From: Eledone cirrhosa
Lineage: Eukaryota
Assembly: GCA_964016885.1 (NCBI GenBank)
Contig: CAXHJY010000514.1
Location: forward strand, 1 to 64,000
Length of the DNA: 64,000 nt
Direction: 5' to 3'
The notes beneath the pieces were generated by a model. The model searched no databases, was not told the origin of the DNA, and worked only from the letters and a program-made list of their open reading frames with translations. Shown piece after piece: positions 61,705 through 64,000 of the stretch (position 1 is the stretch's first letter; every line of letters begins with the position of its first letter). Made by a program: the position numbers and the translations under genes.

Positions 61705-62029
61705 GAGAGGCAGTACAATAAATGTTTATTAAATTCACGCTCAGGAGAGTGGGGGTGGGGGACAATATATATATATATAAGTCAACAGTTGACATAATCT
61801 TGTAATCTTGTATCAGTAATGACGGTAATATATATATATATATGTGTGTGTAAGTGAGTAGCGTGTGGGTGTTTGTTTGTGTGTATGAGTGTTGCTGTGT
61901 GCGCGCGTATGTGTGTGTGCGCGTGTGTGTATGTCGTACGTATAAGTGTCAATAAGTGAGTTTTTATCTTTTTGTGCCTGGACATAGAAATAATCGGGCT
62001 GGATGCCCGATCGCGCAGTTAAACCACTG

Positions 62030-62255
62030 GGAGTGGAGAACCCCTAGCCCTTGTCAGGGCATTCTTCTAGGAAGGCATCTCAGGAAACTGGGTTAACTCC
62101 GACATAAAAGCTGCGGCTCAGTAGTTACCGATGATGTTGATCTTTTCTTCTTTTCGGGTTATAGCTACTGTCGCTCAGAGAGTGGGATTAGCTCAGTGCA
62201 CAGTCTTTCCTCACTTTAAAAATATTCGTCACGCACAGGCATTGCACGATTGCAT
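62030..62255 (+). mobile_element. RTE-like 5'UTR fragment
   Basis: Collinear similarity to 14750-14950 (tagccc/tttgtca, gatgttga, agagagtggga, gcacaggcattgc). Confidence 0.55.
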
Positions 62256-62522
62256 TAATAATTATTAATAGATTATTATTATTATTATTGTTATTATTAT
62301 TATTATTATTATTGGCGACCTACGTAGTAAATCGTATCATCGTGAGCTCCGCAAAGGTTTGTTATTTCCGTTTGTTAAAAATTGCCATTTATGGAAAAAT
62401 GTTATTGTTAACCATATATAAGCGCACATACATTGTTTTCCGAAAAAGACACCCAAAAAGGTTGGGGCCTTGTGCCCAAAATTTAAACTTTTATGATTAT
62501 CAAAAAATTTCTTTGAAAAAAA

Positions 62523-64000
62523 ATGGCTAATTCACCTCTGCACCAAGCAGCTGAAACTAAAATTAATAATAACAAAAATAACGATAGCAACAACAACAAC
62601 AATGACATTAAAAAAACCACCCTGAGTTTTGCCAGAGTAGCAAAACAGTTCGAAGCATTTACGGTAACTCGGGAGGATTTAGAAAATGCCAAACAAATGG
62701 TAAAGAAAGATGGGTACAGGGTCATCCCCCCCCCTAATAAAATGGAGCATCGGAGCCTATGCACCGTGTCGTATCGAACAATAAATGTAAAATCGCGCCG
62801 AGTGGAACGGGCATCCGAGTCCCAAATCCAAAAAGCTTTGGGACATGTGTGGGCAAAGAAAACCCACATCAGACGTGGGCAGAAGTATGGAACCGTGGAC
62901 GTGTTCTTTGAAACACCAGAGAAGGCTAGAGAACACTCCATGGCCCCATTAAGAAGTGACGACTTCACACTCGTCCCAAGCTATTGTGGCCAGAGACTCG
63001 TAAAGATCAGGGTGACCCACGTTTTACCGGCCATCGAAATTCCCTGGCTAATAGCAGCCGTCCTCGCCGGCATCGAAGCCAACACAAAAATAATAGCAAT
63101 AGCAAAAGAAAAGCAGGAGAACTGGTCCGGATCTGGGATGGAGCTCCTGATCCAAGCGGACCAAAAAAGCATTGAGGAGATCCCAGAGGTAATAGACCTC
63201 ACTGACGACAGCCACCTCACGGTAATTGTCGAGGGCAGAAGACCTAGGTGTGTCGTTTGTGGTGAAGGAAACCCCCTAAGGGCTTTCTGCCCTCAGGCTA
63301 AAAGGTTGAGGCCACCTCTCCTACCCACCCCAATGACACAACCAACAACACCACCAGTAGCAGAGATGGCAGCAACAAATGTAGCAGCAACAACAGAAGC
63401 AACTATAACAGCAACAACCCCAGCAACAGTAGCAAAACCAACACCACCACCACCAGCAAAACCAACACCACCACCACCCAACGCTTCAGAACTAGCACCA
63501 GCGCCTACCCCATCCACCACGCCACAACCAAAACTAACGCCTGTGGAGGATTTTCCACTCCCCGTCCTATCACAACTAGAGACAGATTATGACGACGAAG
63601 AGTGGGAAACGGTATCAGGAAAAAAAAAAAGAAACCAAAAAAGAAAAAATTCTCTTCCTTCCCCCTCCAAAAACAAAATACAGAGGGAAACAAATAAATA
63701 AACAAACAAAAAAGTTAGGACTGATATGCCACCATCCACACCAGCATCACCAACTCCATCAACCCAAACACCAACACCATCACCATCATTAACCCCAACA
63801 CCACCATCACCTACACCACAAAAGTCACCAAAATGCGAAACAGAAACAAACCCAAAACAAACGCAAACAAAACAAAACAACCAAAACGATACACACTACA
63901 CAGCATTACATTTGAACAACAACCAATTATTACACTACATCCAACACAACACCAGCATCACAGAAAAAGACTACACAACAACCCAAAAATTCACACCACC
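62523..64000 (+). pseudogene. Tx1/L1-like LINE ORF1 (gag-like, degenerate zinc knuckle, Pro/Thr-rich tail), running off the window
   Basis: SFARVA, an RRM-like region, VIVEGRRPRCVVCGEGNPLRAFCP (CCHC with H replaced by P), WETVSGKKKR. One in-frame TAA at 63699-63701, after which the frame stays open to 64000. Preceded by (TAT)n. Confidence 0.75.

Overview
Very AT-rich eukaryotic (animal) DNA, most likely a cephalopod such as Octopus. That assignment is an inference from the huge degenerate (TA)n arrays, RTE LINEs with (GAT)n tails and an internal PHD-like finger, and Meta-domain and CORE-type tRNA SINEs. No host gene can be confidently called, and the many 'YIYI' ORFs are microsatellite artefacts. 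Bases 1-37.6 kb are a (TA)n field holding a near-complete Penelope-like retroelement (PLE, Naiad-type RT + GIY-YIG, with direct and inverted pseudo-LTRs each carrying a hammerhead ribozyme) plus CR1 and RTE LINE fragments. The main observation is six short non-coding elements of mostly unrelated sequence in the same field (units about 470-590 bp where measurable). They copy PLE architecture (partial tandem and/or inverted copy) and each carries its own type I hammerhead ribozyme with a (near-)palindromic stem III. They include a U3-A8 core variant and variants with 55-100 nt stem II domains. This looks like a microsatellite-resident retrozyme-like system probably mobilised by PLEs. Bases 37.6-64 kb are intron/intergenic-like, with SINEs, a Helentron-type non-autonomous element, old LINE remnants, an RTE with an intact RT ORF and a Tx1/L1-like ORF1 running off the window end.
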